Below are positions 38,429-48,169 of a stretch of 58,056 nucleotides of DNA, in pieces. The notes beneath the pieces are model-generated. The model was not told the origin of the DNA, did not search any database, and saw nothing but the letters and a program-made list of their open reading frames with translations. The stretch spans positions 1 through 58,056 of the IMG/VR virus record IMGVR_UViG_3300021373_003097, one strand, 5' to 3'. The translations under genes and the position numbers were made by a program. Position 1 is the first letter of the stretch. The number at the start of each line of letters is the position of its first letter. Source of the stretch: a virus (taxonomy: Duplodnaviria > Caudoviricetes).

Positions 38429-39228
38429 TGTTTGGACAGCACTTCTACCATGAAAAGATTCGAAAGTGTGTAGCCACGTTTGGCACCATGTTCAATAACC
38501 TCTACGTTGTTAGAAAAGACGCATCTGGTTCAGTTATCAACCAGATGAAAGTGCCTCTTGCATATGCGCCTAAGCAGAAGTTTCTTGACAGGATCAACCA
38601 GTCACCTGATCTAGACGATGAAAGATTCGTAGCAATAAAGCTGCCAAGGATGTCTTTTGAGATCTCTTCTATGTACTATGATCCTGCTAGACAGCTACCA
38701 AAGCTAAACAATTTTACCAAGCTAGTCACAAGCGATAATACAAAAAGAACAAAGTTCTTTACCTCAGTTCCGTATATTATCAACTTCCAATTGAATATTC
38801 TTGCTAAGACAAATGAAGATGCTGTTCAAATCGTAGAGCAGATCTTACCTTTCTTCAATCCAGCATACACAGTTACTATGAAGCAGTTCAGTGATTATCC
38901 GGATATTACTGAGGATATACCTATCTCACTGATCGGTATCTCGTACTCCGACGACTTTGACGGAGCGTTGGAAAGCAGAAGAACTATTATCTACTCACTT
39001 GATTTCGAGATGAAGACTTCATTCTATGGACCGATCTCTGACTCCTCTATCATCAGAAAGTCTATCGTTGACTTTAGAGACCCTAGTATATCATATAGCC
39101 TTTCAGATTCAGATGATAACTTTATTCAAAGAATGACAGTTAATCTCAATCCTCTGGATGCAAATCCAGAAGACAGTTACGGTTACACAACATCATTCTT
39201 ATATCCTGGAGAAGGTGACAGTTTATGA
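38428..39228 (+). CDS. gp15: tail sheath stabiliser / terminator gp15
   Basis: FYHEKIRK...FGTMFNN, KVPLAYAPKQKF, LPRMSFE and QIVEQILPFF.P. Confidence 0.95.
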   Translation: MFGQHFYHEKIRKCVATFGTMFNNLYVVRKDASGSVINQMKVPLAYAPKQKFLDRINQSPDLDDERFVAIKLPRMSFEISSMYYDPARQLPKLNNFTKLVTSDNTKRTKFFTSVPYIINFQLNILAKTNEDAVQIVEQILPFFNPAYTVTMKQFSDYPDITEDIPISLIGISYSDDFDGALESRRTIIYSLDFEMKTSFYGPISDSSIIRKSIVDFRDPSISYSLSDSDDNFIQRMTVNLNPLDANPEDSYGYTTSFLYPGEGDSL

Positions 39229-39605
39229 GCAACATAGTACCTAAGAAAGATATGCCGGAAAGCGTGCATTCTAGTTATGATGAAGACTTAGATCTCATTC
39301 GCTCTACTCTTCGAAGTCTTTTGATCCAAGGTGAAGAAGGCCTTCAACTTGCACAGGCCGTTGCTGACGAGATGCAGCATCCTCGGGCCATTGAAGTCTT
39401 GAGTGGTATGATTAAGCAGCAGTCAGACAATGCTCACGCTCTATTAAAGATGCATAAGAATAATCAAGAAATCAACGTCACTCAGGCTAAAGGAAAGCCT
39501 GAAGAAAACAAGGCTCTTACACAGAATGTATTTGTAGGCTCAACAGCAGAACTCCAGAAGATGTTGAGAGGTGAACCGGAGATAATCAACGGCGAAGAGT
39601 TATAA
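39225..39605 (+). CDS. gp16: terminase small subunit gp16
   Basis: HPRAIEV and NVFVGSTAELQKML. Confidence 0.9.
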   Translation: MSNIVPKKDMPESVHSSYDEDLDLIRSTLRSLLIQGEEGLQLAQAVADEMQHPRAIEVLSGMIKQQSDNAHALLKMHKNNQEINVTQAKGKPEENKALTQNVFVGSTAELQKMLRGEPEIINGEEL

Positions 39606-39608
39606 ATA
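39601..39608 (+). promoter_or_regulatory. T4-type late promoter
   Basis: Exact TATAAATA overlapping the gp16 stop codon. Confidence 0.85.
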
Positions 39609-39641
39609 AAAACAAATTAGTTTTAACGGAAGAAGCTTAAA

Positions 39642-41906
39642 ATGGCAATAGTTCTACGCTCTTTAAAAGGATCTGCTCTAACATTTAGTCAGTTAGACAA
39701 CAACTTCTCTGAACTTGATTCGAGAATCTTAGATTCTAGCGAAGTGTCCGATATCATTGACTCTGACTACATTCAATCAAGACAGCTTCTCACTACTCCA
39801 GCTGAAGGTCTAGATTCAGACGCAGTCATTGATCTGGTAGATTCAGATTATATTGAAGCTAGATTTGGAGACACCTTCGATTCTGACTATGTTAAGGCAA
39901 GAATGCTTTCATTGGATGGGGGTGTCTTAAATCAGAAGTACGGAGAGTACATTCATGATCCTAATCCGATAGTCTTCAGCGTAGTAGTTTCATCTAAGAC
40001 TTCAGCTCACAGATATCAAGGTACAGGCTCATCTAACGGATATGTGATTGAAGGTACTGAAGGACCGTTCATTGAACTCGTACCAGGTAACACTTATCAG
40101 TTCGATCAGTCAGATGCCTCCAACAGCTTCCATCCAATTAAGTTCTATCTTGAGCCAGACCAGACTACACTGTATGAGACTGGAGTAACATATGCAGGTA
40201 CTCCTGGTCAAGCCGGTGGGAGAACTCAGATCGTAGTAAGTGACAGCACTCCAGGTACTCTGTATTACATGTGTGAGAATCATAGCTACATGGGTAACGC
40301 TGTACATACAATGAATAACGTTGCAGGATTTGATGGAGCTTTCTCATCCTTAACAGGAACTCCTACTACACTTTCTGGTTATGGTATCACGGATGCTCAA
40401 GCAACCTTAGTATCAGGTACAAACATTAAGACGATCAATGGGTCATCACTGGTCGGATCTGGTGATTTAATCGTAAGCGGAGGTACTGCATACGGAGATG
40501 CAAACGTAGATTCTAACCTGAATACTAATACTGCAACTTCTGGTCAGGTTCTTTCTTGGACCGGCACTGACTACGATTGGGTCGCTCAGACGGGCGGATC
40601 AGGTTCTTCTGTTACAGTAAGTCACATTGTAGACATGAGTCTCCTTGACTCTGTAGGCAGAGCAGGTACACTTCTCTCTGCAGCTCTCGGTGTAGGTGAT
40701 GGTGTCTACTATGACTCCGACGCTGGAGTATGGACAGGGGCCTATAAAGATTCAGCTCATGTAGCTTCTCATGTTATTGTAAGTTACAATACATCTGCCA
40801 GTGAATTTAAGATCGCTCAGACAGGTATCTTTACACTCGACTCTGATGGTGGAGCTCCTACTCTTAAAAAGAACGCGTACTTCTTCTTAGCTGACTCTGC
40901 AGGACTGACTCCAGTAACAACCTCCCCTGACTCTGGAATCTACCAGTCGCTGTTCTATACACTTGATTCTAATATCATTGATGTAAACGTTAGTGAAGCT
41001 CAGAAGTCAGTGATAGCGACAGGTGGCGGAGGCGGAGGCGGTACTTCATATACAGATGCAAATTTAGATTCGCATTTAAATACAAACACTGCCACTTCAA
41101 ACCAAATACTTGCTTGGAACGGTAGTGATTATGATTGGCGTGCTCAGAGAAGTGTCTACAACTCTATAGAGAGCCTAGACTCCCCTAGTGGATCTCAAAC
41201 CGGAATACATGCAGTAAACACTACTAGCGGCACAATAACGTTCGTTGGTACTGGCGGAATTTCAGTAGATGTTAGTGGAGGCTCTGGGTCTTCAGTAAGC
41301 GACAGCGCATATATTGTAATTGACGGAACAGGTGTAGGCGGCGGAGGATCCGGCGACATCACTGCTGTAAACATCACAGCTGGCACGGGTCTGACTGGAA
41401 CAGTGAGCACAGCATCTGGCGACCACACTCAAACGCTAGCTCTTGACTCAGCGGGTATTGGAGCAGGCACCTACGGCAGCACGAGCAACACGACTAAGAT
41501 CGACACTATCACCGTCGACGCTTATGGTCGAGTAACGAATGTAGCGACTGGAGGTATCAGCGCAACTGCATCTGCAGGAGGATCAAGCACTCAAGTTCAA
41601 TACAATAGCGGTGGAGCTTTAGCGGGTGATGCCGGAATGGTTTATAATGCTACTACTAATACTCTTACTGTAGAGAACCTTGAAGTTACTGGATCTGGAT
41701 CTACAAATACAATTTCTTCTTCTGGAGACGTTGTCTTAGATGCAGGAAACAGAGTTAGAGTAGATGGCACGGTACCATTTAGACTACCTAATGTTACGAC
41801 TACTCAGCAGAACGCGATTGGAGCTGCAGCGGGTGATCTGGTGTTCAACACTTCAACTGGTAAAGTAACAGTCTATACCGGTTCAGCTTGGGTGGCACTG
41901 CACTAA
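39642..41906 (+). CDS. mosaic virion fibre protein with a cupredoxin-like module
   Basis: LRSLKGSALTFSQLDNNF; YQFDQSDASN..HP...LYYMCENHSYMG; PTTLSGYGITDA; ITVDAYGRVT; QVQYNSGG. Confidence 0.75.
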   Translation: MAIVLRSLKGSALTFSQLDNNFSELDSRILDSSEVSDIIDSDYIQSRQLLTTPAEGLDSDAVIDLVDSDYIEARFGDTFDSDYVKARMLSLDGGVLNQKYGEYIHDPNPIVFSVVVSSKTSAHRYQGTGSSNGYVIEGTEGPFIELVPGNTYQFDQSDASNSFHPIKFYLEPDQTTLYETGVTYAGTPGQAGGRTQIVVSDSTPGTLYYMCENHSYMGNAVHTMNNVAGFDGAFSSLTGTPTTLSGYGITDAQATLVSGTNIKTINGSSLVGSGDLIVSGGTAYGDANVDSNLNTNTATSGQVLSWTGTDYDWVAQTGGSGSSVTVSHIVDMSLLDSVGRAGTLLSAALGVGDGVYYDSDAGVWTGAYKDSAHVASHVIVSYNTSASEFKIAQTGIFTLDSDGGAPTLKKNAYFFLADSAGLTPVTTSPDSGIYQSLFYTLDSNIIDVNVSEAQKSVIATGGGGGGGTSYTDANLDSHLNTNTATSNQILAWNGSDYDWRAQRSVYNSIESLDSPSGSQTGIHAVNTTSGTITFVGTGGISVDVSGGSGSSVSDSAYIVIDGTGVGGGGSGDITAVNITAGTGLTGTVSTASGDHTQTLALDSAGIGAGTYGSTSNTTKIDTITVDAYGRVTNVATGGISATASAGGSSTQVQYNSGGALAGDAGMVYNATTNTLTVENLEVTGSGSTNTISSSGDVVLDAGNRVRVDGTVPFRLPNVTTTQQNAIGAAAGDLVFNTSTGKVTVYTGSAWVALH
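40491..40589 (+). repeat. 33-aa intragenic direct repeat, copy 1 (copy 2 at 41049..41147)
   Basis: YGDANVDSNLNTNTATSGQVLSWTGTDYDWVAQ versus YTDANLDSHLNTNTATSNQILAWNGSDYDWRAQ. Confidence 0.9.
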
Positions 41907-43474
41907 TGGAAAAAGAATACGTAGTTACACTTAAGAATGCAGAAGACGCAGATCAGTTCTATTCAGAGATGACAGCTTCTTCTGGAGACGGAGTTGTTCC
42001 TAATAGAACAGTTGATGTTGTAAACGCCAGACCAGGTAGTCTTCGTAATACTGAATACTCTCTAACAGAAGAAGAAGCCGCAGCTCTTAAAGAAGATGAT
42101 AGAGTATTAGACGTAGAGATTCCAGTGCACTTAATGGAAAATGTTAGTTCTGGCCCTGCACTAACTCAGACCGGAGATTTTGATAAAACGACTTCTAGTA
42201 CAGGTGATAATATAAACTGGGGATTGATTAGAAGCAACAATACAGCTAATAACTATGGCCTTGGATCAGCTACATCTGAAAATTATAATTATTTCTTAGA
42301 TGGTACCGGAGTAGACATTGTCGTTAAAGATTCTGGGATTGAAGCCAATCACCCAGAATGGGAAGATGCCAACGGCACAAGTAGACTTCAGCAGATAAAC
42401 TGGTACACTGAGGCTGGAGTTTCAGGTACACAGAGCTCTTCATTTTACACAGATAACAGCGGCCACGGTACGCATGTTGCTGGCATTGCCGCCGGTAAAA
42501 ATTATGGCTGGGCAAAAGGTGCTAGAATATATGCCATGAAAATTGAAGGCACCGGCGCGATAGCAGAATCTGGAGTAACATATTCTGCGTATGATCTAAT
42601 TAGGCTTTGGCACAATAATAAGCCAGTAGATCCAGCCACTGGATATAAAAGACCAACAATTGTAAACTCTAGTTGGGGCTGGTACAACACTTTTACAGTG
42701 GTTCCAACTAATTATGGCTTAAACTATAGAGGAGTTTCATATTTAGGGGCTTCTATAGATACTGCAGCTGAACGTTTAGCTAAGGGGTGGAGAGGCGATC
42801 AGACCAATTATGAGCAACCATTTCGCAACACTGCTATAGACGCAGAAGTAGAGGATATGATTAATGCCGGCGTGATTTTTGTTCATGCTGCCGGAAACTA
42901 TGGATTTAAAATTGATTTACCAGGTGGTCCTGATTATAATAATTATTCATACAACCTCAATAATAATAATGGAAGATACAACCAAGGCATGAGCCCAACA
43001 GGAGCGTCAAACAGAAATAACGGCTTTGGAGATTCAATCGAAGTCGGAGCAATTGATAGGGCTGCATACTCTTCTAGCTTAGATCAAAGAACTGTCTATA
43101 GTAATACTGGACCTGGAGTAGATATCTATGCTCCAGGGGAAAATATAATGAGTGCATGGAGAACTGCTACTGGAGGACAATATGGAAGTGGATCTACATA
43201 TTTTTGGAATTCAAGCTATAGACAAAAAAATATAGGCGGAACTTCGATGGCATGCCCTCAAGTAGCAGGACTTGCAGCATTGGTGGCCCAGCTCAATCCG
43301 CACTTTACTTCAGCGCAGATGAAAGATTATATTAAAACAAAGTGCTCAACTACTGGATACATATATGATGCTGGAGGAAATAATAATTTTTCAGATGGTC
43401 GCGCTTTATATGGTGGCGGAGACTTATTCTTAAAAAATCCATTTAACAGTCAGTACTCATACCAGGTAGGATAA
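41906..43474 (+). CDS. subtilisin-like serine protease (S8) with an I9-like prodomain
   Basis: Catalytic motifs DIVVKDSG, HGTHVAG and GTSMACP; oxyanion-hole AAGN; ATG overlaps the upstream stop (TAATG). Confidence 0.92.
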   Translation: MEKEYVVTLKNAEDADQFYSEMTASSGDGVVPNRTVDVVNARPGSLRNTEYSLTEEEAAALKEDDRVLDVEIPVHLMENVSSGPALTQTGDFDKTTSSTGDNINWGLIRSNNTANNYGLGSATSENYNYFLDGTGVDIVVKDSGIEANHPEWEDANGTSRLQQINWYTEAGVSGTQSSSFYTDNSGHGTHVAGIAAGKNYGWAKGARIYAMKIEGTGAIAESGVTYSAYDLIRLWHNNKPVDPATGYKRPTIVNSSWGWYNTFTVVPTNYGLNYRGVSYLGASIDTAAERLAKGWRGDQTNYEQPFRNTAIDAEVEDMINAGVIFVHAAGNYGFKIDLPGGPDYNNYSYNLNNNNGRYNQGMSPTGASNRNNGFGDSIEVGAIDRAAYSSSLDQRTVYSNTGPGVDIYAPGENIMSAWRTATGGQYGSGSTYFWNSSYRQKNIGGTSMACPQVAGLAALVAQLNPHFTSAQMKDYIKTKCSTTGYIYDAGGNNNFSDGRALYGGGDLFLKNPFNSQYSYQVG

Positions 43475-43479
43475 AAAAA

Positions 43480-43893
43480 ATGGCAAGAGTAAATTCAAAC
43501 TTAAACACTGGTACAACTGGAGACACTGGGCCTCAAGGACCTCAGGGGATTCAGGGCACGGCTGGAAATGATGGAACTAATGGCGCCGACGGAGGACGAA
43601 ATATTCCTCAGGCTACTAGCACTACCGTAACTACAGCAGATGCAGGTGATCACCTCTTAGTCTCTTCTGATGTCACCATCAATACATCTACTGGATTTTC
43701 AGCAGGAGACGTTGTGACTATCGTCAACAATTCCGACGTCACTATTGATATCATACACTCTGGTCTCACAGTTTACTTAGCTGGTACAGCACAAGCCATT
43801 GCATCCCCAAGAACATTGGCGGCTAGAGGAGTGGCTTCAGCCCTGTGCACAGCTAGTAATACATACTACATAAGCGGAGCTGGACTTACATAA
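43480..43893 (+). CDS. small collagen-like fibre protein
   Basis: Nine Gly-X-Y triplets (43510..43590) followed by a small beta domain ending ISGAGLT. Confidence 0.7.
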   Translation: MARVNSNLNTGTTGDTGPQGPQGIQGTAGNDGTNGADGGRNIPQATSTTVTTADAGDHLLVSSDVTINTSTGFSAGDVVTIVNNSDVTIDIIHSGLTVYLAGTAQAIASPRTLAARGVASALCTASNTYYISGAGLT

Positions 43894-46235
43894 TGGCTTT
43901 AGTACAAGCATTAATGATGGCATATAGAAAAGAAGTTGCGTTTCCAGTTGAGAGCGGAATGGCTTCTGGAGATATTCCGATTGAACAATGGTTTGACCAT
44001 CCTAGTGAAGAGTCTGGTAATTTTGAAGGGTGGGCCGTAGCTGTTTCTGGAGATGGACTAACAGCCGTTATCGGTGCGCCTGAAGACAGTAGCCAGGTAA
44101 CTGATGGTGGAAGAGTCACTATTTGGGAATACCAATCTGGAACTTGGACATATGTAAGAGCAATTGGTCAAGATACTGCTGATAGGTCAACAGATGATAA
44201 ACTTGGTTACTCTGTAGATATTTCCTATGATGGTTCGGTGATTGTAGTTGGCGCTGAGAACTCTAGGCACGGCGGCACTACCGGCACTAGAACTGGAGTT
44301 GCTTATGTTTTTGAAAGACCATCAGGTGGTTGGTCTACACTAACAGCCAGCACTGCGGCTGGAGCCAAGCTTAGACCTACAACATCAAATATTATTATGA
44401 ACTTTGGTCTTTCAGTGGCAGTTTCAGGAGATGGAAACACTGTTGTGGTCGGTGCACCAGACGATAGTAATACGACAGTCTCAGGTTACTACGGATTGGT
44501 CTATCTTTTTGAAAAACCTTCTGGAGGATGGGTGGACACATATGAAGACTATGTATTATATACTAACTTTAACACTAGTTCAAATGATGATTTAGGCACA
44601 GCTGTAGATATTTCTCATGATGGCTCGGTAGTAGTTGCTGGTGCACCAGAGTATGATGTAAGCAGCGGTGTTAATAACGGAGCTGTTGGAGTCTTTGAAA
44701 AAGGAAGTGGGTGGAGTACCGGCAGTGGTAATCATGTTGACACTTTGTTTTCTAAAGATCTTAACTCTTCGCAGAATAGTGAAGAGTTTGGATCTTCAGT
44801 TGCAATTTCAGCTGATGCTAATGTGATTGTAGTCGGCGCACCGCGGGATCCGACTAATTCTGGACAAACCATATCCGGAAGTGCGTATGTTCACCTTAGA
44901 AAAACTACCGGTGATCTTTTATGGAATACATTCGGTGACGCTCAGTTAGCCCAAAGCTTTACAACTTCTAATGGTCACCAATTAGGAATATCGGTAGATG
45001 TATCTAATACTGGAAAGGTCATAGTTGTTGGAGCTAAAGGTTTTGATGATACAAGTCAAACGGATGTTGGAGCAGTCTTTGTCTACACTGAGCCAACAGG
45101 AGGTTGGACTTCCGGAATCGATAATGGATCAGGTGATCCACCTCTCACAGAAGATTATGTGATTACTCCTTCTAGTGGTTGGTCCAGTCAATCATATGGA
45201 AACTCTGTATCAATCTCAGATGATGCAACAAAAATGATAACAGCTGCGTATGAAGCAGATCATCCGTATTATCTTAGTAATATGACAACAGCTGAATATG
45301 ATACTATTGGAGCTATTTATGGGTATACGCATTCACCACTCTTGACCAACTGGGGTTCTTCTATAACTGGGATAACTGGTGGGACCGCTGGGGGAGCTGA
45401 AATAATAAACCTTGAAAGAGATTCAGTATGTGCAGTTCTAGATGCAAGTGGAAACCGTGTAGATGGTTACCTCTGGCACGCTTATCGTACAGGAGGAGGG
45501 GCTACTGGTGTTGACTATATAGATATTGAACTTTTAAAAGGTGATGCGAATACCGGGCAACTTGAATCAGTGTATAAGCACCGGTGCTATGAAGAAGATT
45601 ATGCTCGTTGGAAACCTAATCATGTATGTGATACTGGAACCAGTTTAGTTTTAACTACTACAGAAAATCAGTATGATAATGCTAGAGTCTTAGTCGTAAA
45701 AAAGATAACGGGTGAAACTTTCAGACTAAACACAACAAATACAAATTTCCCTGCAATGGCCAATAGCTTACAGTACAGCGGAAATAACTTTTGGGGTGAT
45801 CTATTTAGTTGTGTGTATGATCCTGTCTATGATGACGTGATCTTAGCGTATGCAGATCCTTTAACTAATTTTGCAAATAGCACTTATCATAATAAGTTTG
45901 TCAGGTTTACTAACTATAATAGTACTACTACTACTTTTGGTGAAACATGTAATGTTAGTGTTGGAAGTTCTGGATTTACTAGAGCAGTTGATGCTAATCA
46001 GGCAGAAGGCTATATAGATCGTGATCCTGACACTGGTTATTTTGTTTATAGTGGATTAAATCAAAAGTGTAGAAGATATCAGCGCACAGGGACTAATACT
46101 TTTGTTGCTATTGACGAGTTTACCAGAGCCTCTAGCAATCTATGGCAACTTATATATCAGAATGATGGAACACTGTACTTTAGAGGTGAAAACTCCAGTG
46201 GAAGTTATAATCAAGAAACACTCTATAGACATTAA
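43893..46235 (+). CDS. FG-GAP repeat beta-propeller protein with an unknown C-terminal domain
   Basis: About seven repeats of (F/L)GxSV(A/D)(I/V)SxDGxxxVVGAP...GxxYVFE. Confidence 0.88.
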   Translation: MALVQALMMAYRKEVAFPVESGMASGDIPIEQWFDHPSEESGNFEGWAVAVSGDGLTAVIGAPEDSSQVTDGGRVTIWEYQSGTWTYVRAIGQDTADRSTDDKLGYSVDISYDGSVIVVGAENSRHGGTTGTRTGVAYVFERPSGGWSTLTASTAAGAKLRPTTSNIIMNFGLSVAVSGDGNTVVVGAPDDSNTTVSGYYGLVYLFEKPSGGWVDTYEDYVLYTNFNTSSNDDLGTAVDISHDGSVVVAGAPEYDVSSGVNNGAVGVFEKGSGWSTGSGNHVDTLFSKDLNSSQNSEEFGSSVAISADANVIVVGAPRDPTNSGQTISGSAYVHLRKTTGDLLWNTFGDAQLAQSFTTSNGHQLGISVDVSNTGKVIVVGAKGFDDTSQTDVGAVFVYTEPTGGWTSGIDNGSGDPPLTEDYVITPSSGWSSQSYGNSVSISDDATKMITAAYEADHPYYLSNMTTAEYDTIGAIYGYTHSPLLTNWGSSITGITGGTAGGAEIINLERDSVCAVLDASGNRVDGYLWHAYRTGGGATGVDYIDIELLKGDANTGQLESVYKHRCYEEDYARWKPNHVCDTGTSLVLTTTENQYDNARVLVVKKITGETFRLNTTNTNFPAMANSLQYSGNNFWGDLFSCVYDPVYDDVILAYADPLTNFANSTYHNKFVRFTNYNSTTTTFGETCNVSVGSSGFTRAVDANQAEGYIDRDPDTGYFVYSGLNQKCRRYQRTGTNTFVAIDEFTRASSNLWQLIYQNDGTLYFRGENSSGSYNQETLYRH

Positions 46236-46255
46236 TAATATGAAAGTGAATAGAT

Positions 46256-46495
46256 ATGATAATGACAGAATTGACAAAGGGGATATTCAAACTCCTTAAA
46301 AGACTCATTGGTGAGTCAAGCATTGCATTAGCAATCATTTATACTATCGGGCATATCTTTATTGCCACGATCTGCAACTGGTTAATCACCGGTGCAGCTA
46401 TGGAGTTAGCGGCTATAGATGCTATTGTAGAACCCATCATTAACGGGATCTGGTTCTACGTACTCCATAAACTAGCAAAGAGATTTATTAAGTGA
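46256..46495 (+). CDS. small membrane protein, DUF2061-like
   Basis: Hydrophobic IYTIGHIFIA...ITGA...VEPIINGIWFYVLH. Confidence 0.6.
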   Translation: MIMTELTKGIFKLLKRLIGESSIALAIIYTIGHIFIATICNWLITGAAMELAAIDAIVEPIINGIWFYVLHKLAKRFIK

Positions 46496-48078
46496 ACGAA
46501 ACATATCTTGGTAATGCCCAAGTAAAGAAAGATGGCGTAGAGCAAGGATGGACTAAACAGGACATCGAAGAGTACCAGCGCTGTATGAAAGATCCAGTGT
46601 ACTTTGCTGAAACCTACGGCAAAGTGATTAATCTAGATAAAGGCTTAGTTCCTTTTAAGTTATATCCTTATCAGAAGGAGATGTTTAATCATTTTAACGA
46701 TAATAGATTTTCCATTGTATTGGCGTGTCGTCAGTCTGGTAAGTCTATTAGTTCGTGTATGTACATCCTCTGGTACGCCCTATTTCATCCAGATCAGACG
46801 ATTGCTGTACTAGCTAACAAAGGTGCTACCGCAAGAGAAATGCTAGCACGTATTACTTTGGCTCTAGAAAATACACCGTTCTTTTTACAACCTGGTACCA
46901 AGGCTCTAAATAAAGGATCGATCGAGTTTAGTAACAACTCTCGTATTATTGCAGCAGCTACATCTGGTTCTTCTATTCGTGGTCTTGCAGTAAATCTATT
47001 GTTTCTGGACGAGTTTGCATTTGTAGAAGACGCTGCAACATTCTACACATCTACATATCCTGTTATCTCATCTGGTAAAACATCTAGAGTTATTATTACA
47101 TCTACCGCTAATGGTATTGGTAATACATTTCACAAAATTTACGAAGGCTCAATACAAGAAGTAAATGAGTTTAAACCATTCCGTGTAGACTGGTGGGACG
47201 TACCAGGAAGAGATGAAGAGTGGAAACGCCAAACTATTGCCAATACCTCAGAGCTTCAGTTCCAGCAGGAGTTCGGTAACACGTTCTTTGGAACAGGCAA
47301 TACTCTTATCTCTGCTGATGCATTGATGAATATGAAAGCAATAAATCCTATTGCTAATTTTGACAATGTAAAAGTCTATGAAGAACCAAAAGCAAACCAT
47401 GATTATATTATGTCAGTAGATGTTGCTAAAGGCCGCGGTCAAGACTATTCTACATTTAATATTATTGATATTTCTAGTAGACCATTTAAGCAGGTCGCAT
47501 GCTATAGAAGTAATATAATTTCTCCTATTCTTTTTCCGGATATTATTCATAAATGGGCAAAGAAATATAATGAAGCATATGTTATTATTGAATCAAATGA
47601 TGCAGGTTCTGTAGTTGCTAATGGTCTTTACTATGATATTGAATATGAAAATGTACATGTAGAGTCTATGATTAAAGCAAACGCTATTGGTGTTACAATG
47701 AATCGAAAAGTAAAGCGTATTGGTTGTTCTAATCTCAAAGACTTGATTGAAGAAAACCGGCTGCATATTGTTGACTTAGATACAATTAGTGAGTGTTCTA
47801 CTTTTGAAGCAAGACGTGATTCTTTTGAAGCATCCGATGGTAACCATGATGACTTAGTAATGAACTTAGTTCTGTTTGCATGGTATGTCGGAAGTCAATC
47901 TTTTTTGAATAACACTGACGTCAATTTAAAGCAAATGTTATATGAAGAAAAGATGAAGCAGATTGAAGATGAAGTGGTTCCGTTTGGCTTTGTTGATAAC
48001 GGCCAGGAAGAACAGAATGAAACAGAAGTTGTCGGTGGTCAGGTCTGGAAAGTTTCAGAACGAACAGAATTGTTCTAA
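46492..48078 (+). CDS. gp17: terminase large subunit gp17 (GTG start)
   Basis: Walker A RQSGKS, Walker B LLFLDEFAF, ITSTANG; nuclease motifs VDVAKGRGQDYS and HDDLVM. Confidence 0.97.
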   Translation: MNETYLGNAQVKKDGVEQGWTKQDIEEYQRCMKDPVYFAETYGKVINLDKGLVPFKLYPYQKEMFNHFNDNRFSIVLACRQSGKSISSCMYILWYALFHPDQTIAVLANKGATAREMLARITLALENTPFFLQPGTKALNKGSIEFSNNSRIIAAATSGSSIRGLAVNLLFLDEFAFVEDAATFYTSTYPVISSGKTSRVIITSTANGIGNTFHKIYEGSIQEVNEFKPFRVDWWDVPGRDEEWKRQTIANTSELQFQQEFGNTFFGTGNTLISADALMNMKAINPIANFDNVKVYEEPKANHDYIMSVDVAKGRGQDYSTFNIIDISSRPFKQVACYRSNIISPILFPDIIHKWAKKYNEAYVIIESNDAGSVVANGLYYDIEYENVHVESMIKANAIGVTMNRKVKRIGCSNLKDLIEENRLHIVDLDTISECSTFEARRDSFEASDGNHDDLVMNLVLFAWYVGSQSFLNNTDVNLKQMLYEEKMKQIEDEVVPFGFVDNGQEEQNETEVVGGQVWKVSERTELF

Positions 48079-48089
48079 AACAAAATATT

Positions 48090-48097
48090 TATAAATA
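48090..48097 (+). promoter_or_regulatory. T4-type late promoter
   Basis: Exact TATAAATA before gp18. Confidence 0.85.
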
Positions 48098-48169
48098 TCA
48101 ATGTTGTATTGAACATTCTTATTATGTGTACTTATAATTAATACAAACGAAAACTAAGAGGACTTTCAA

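Noticed and set aside
41888-41905. Listed TTG start for the protease
   Set aside because: Lies inside the upstream gene; the ATG at 41906 overlapping the stop is more plausible.
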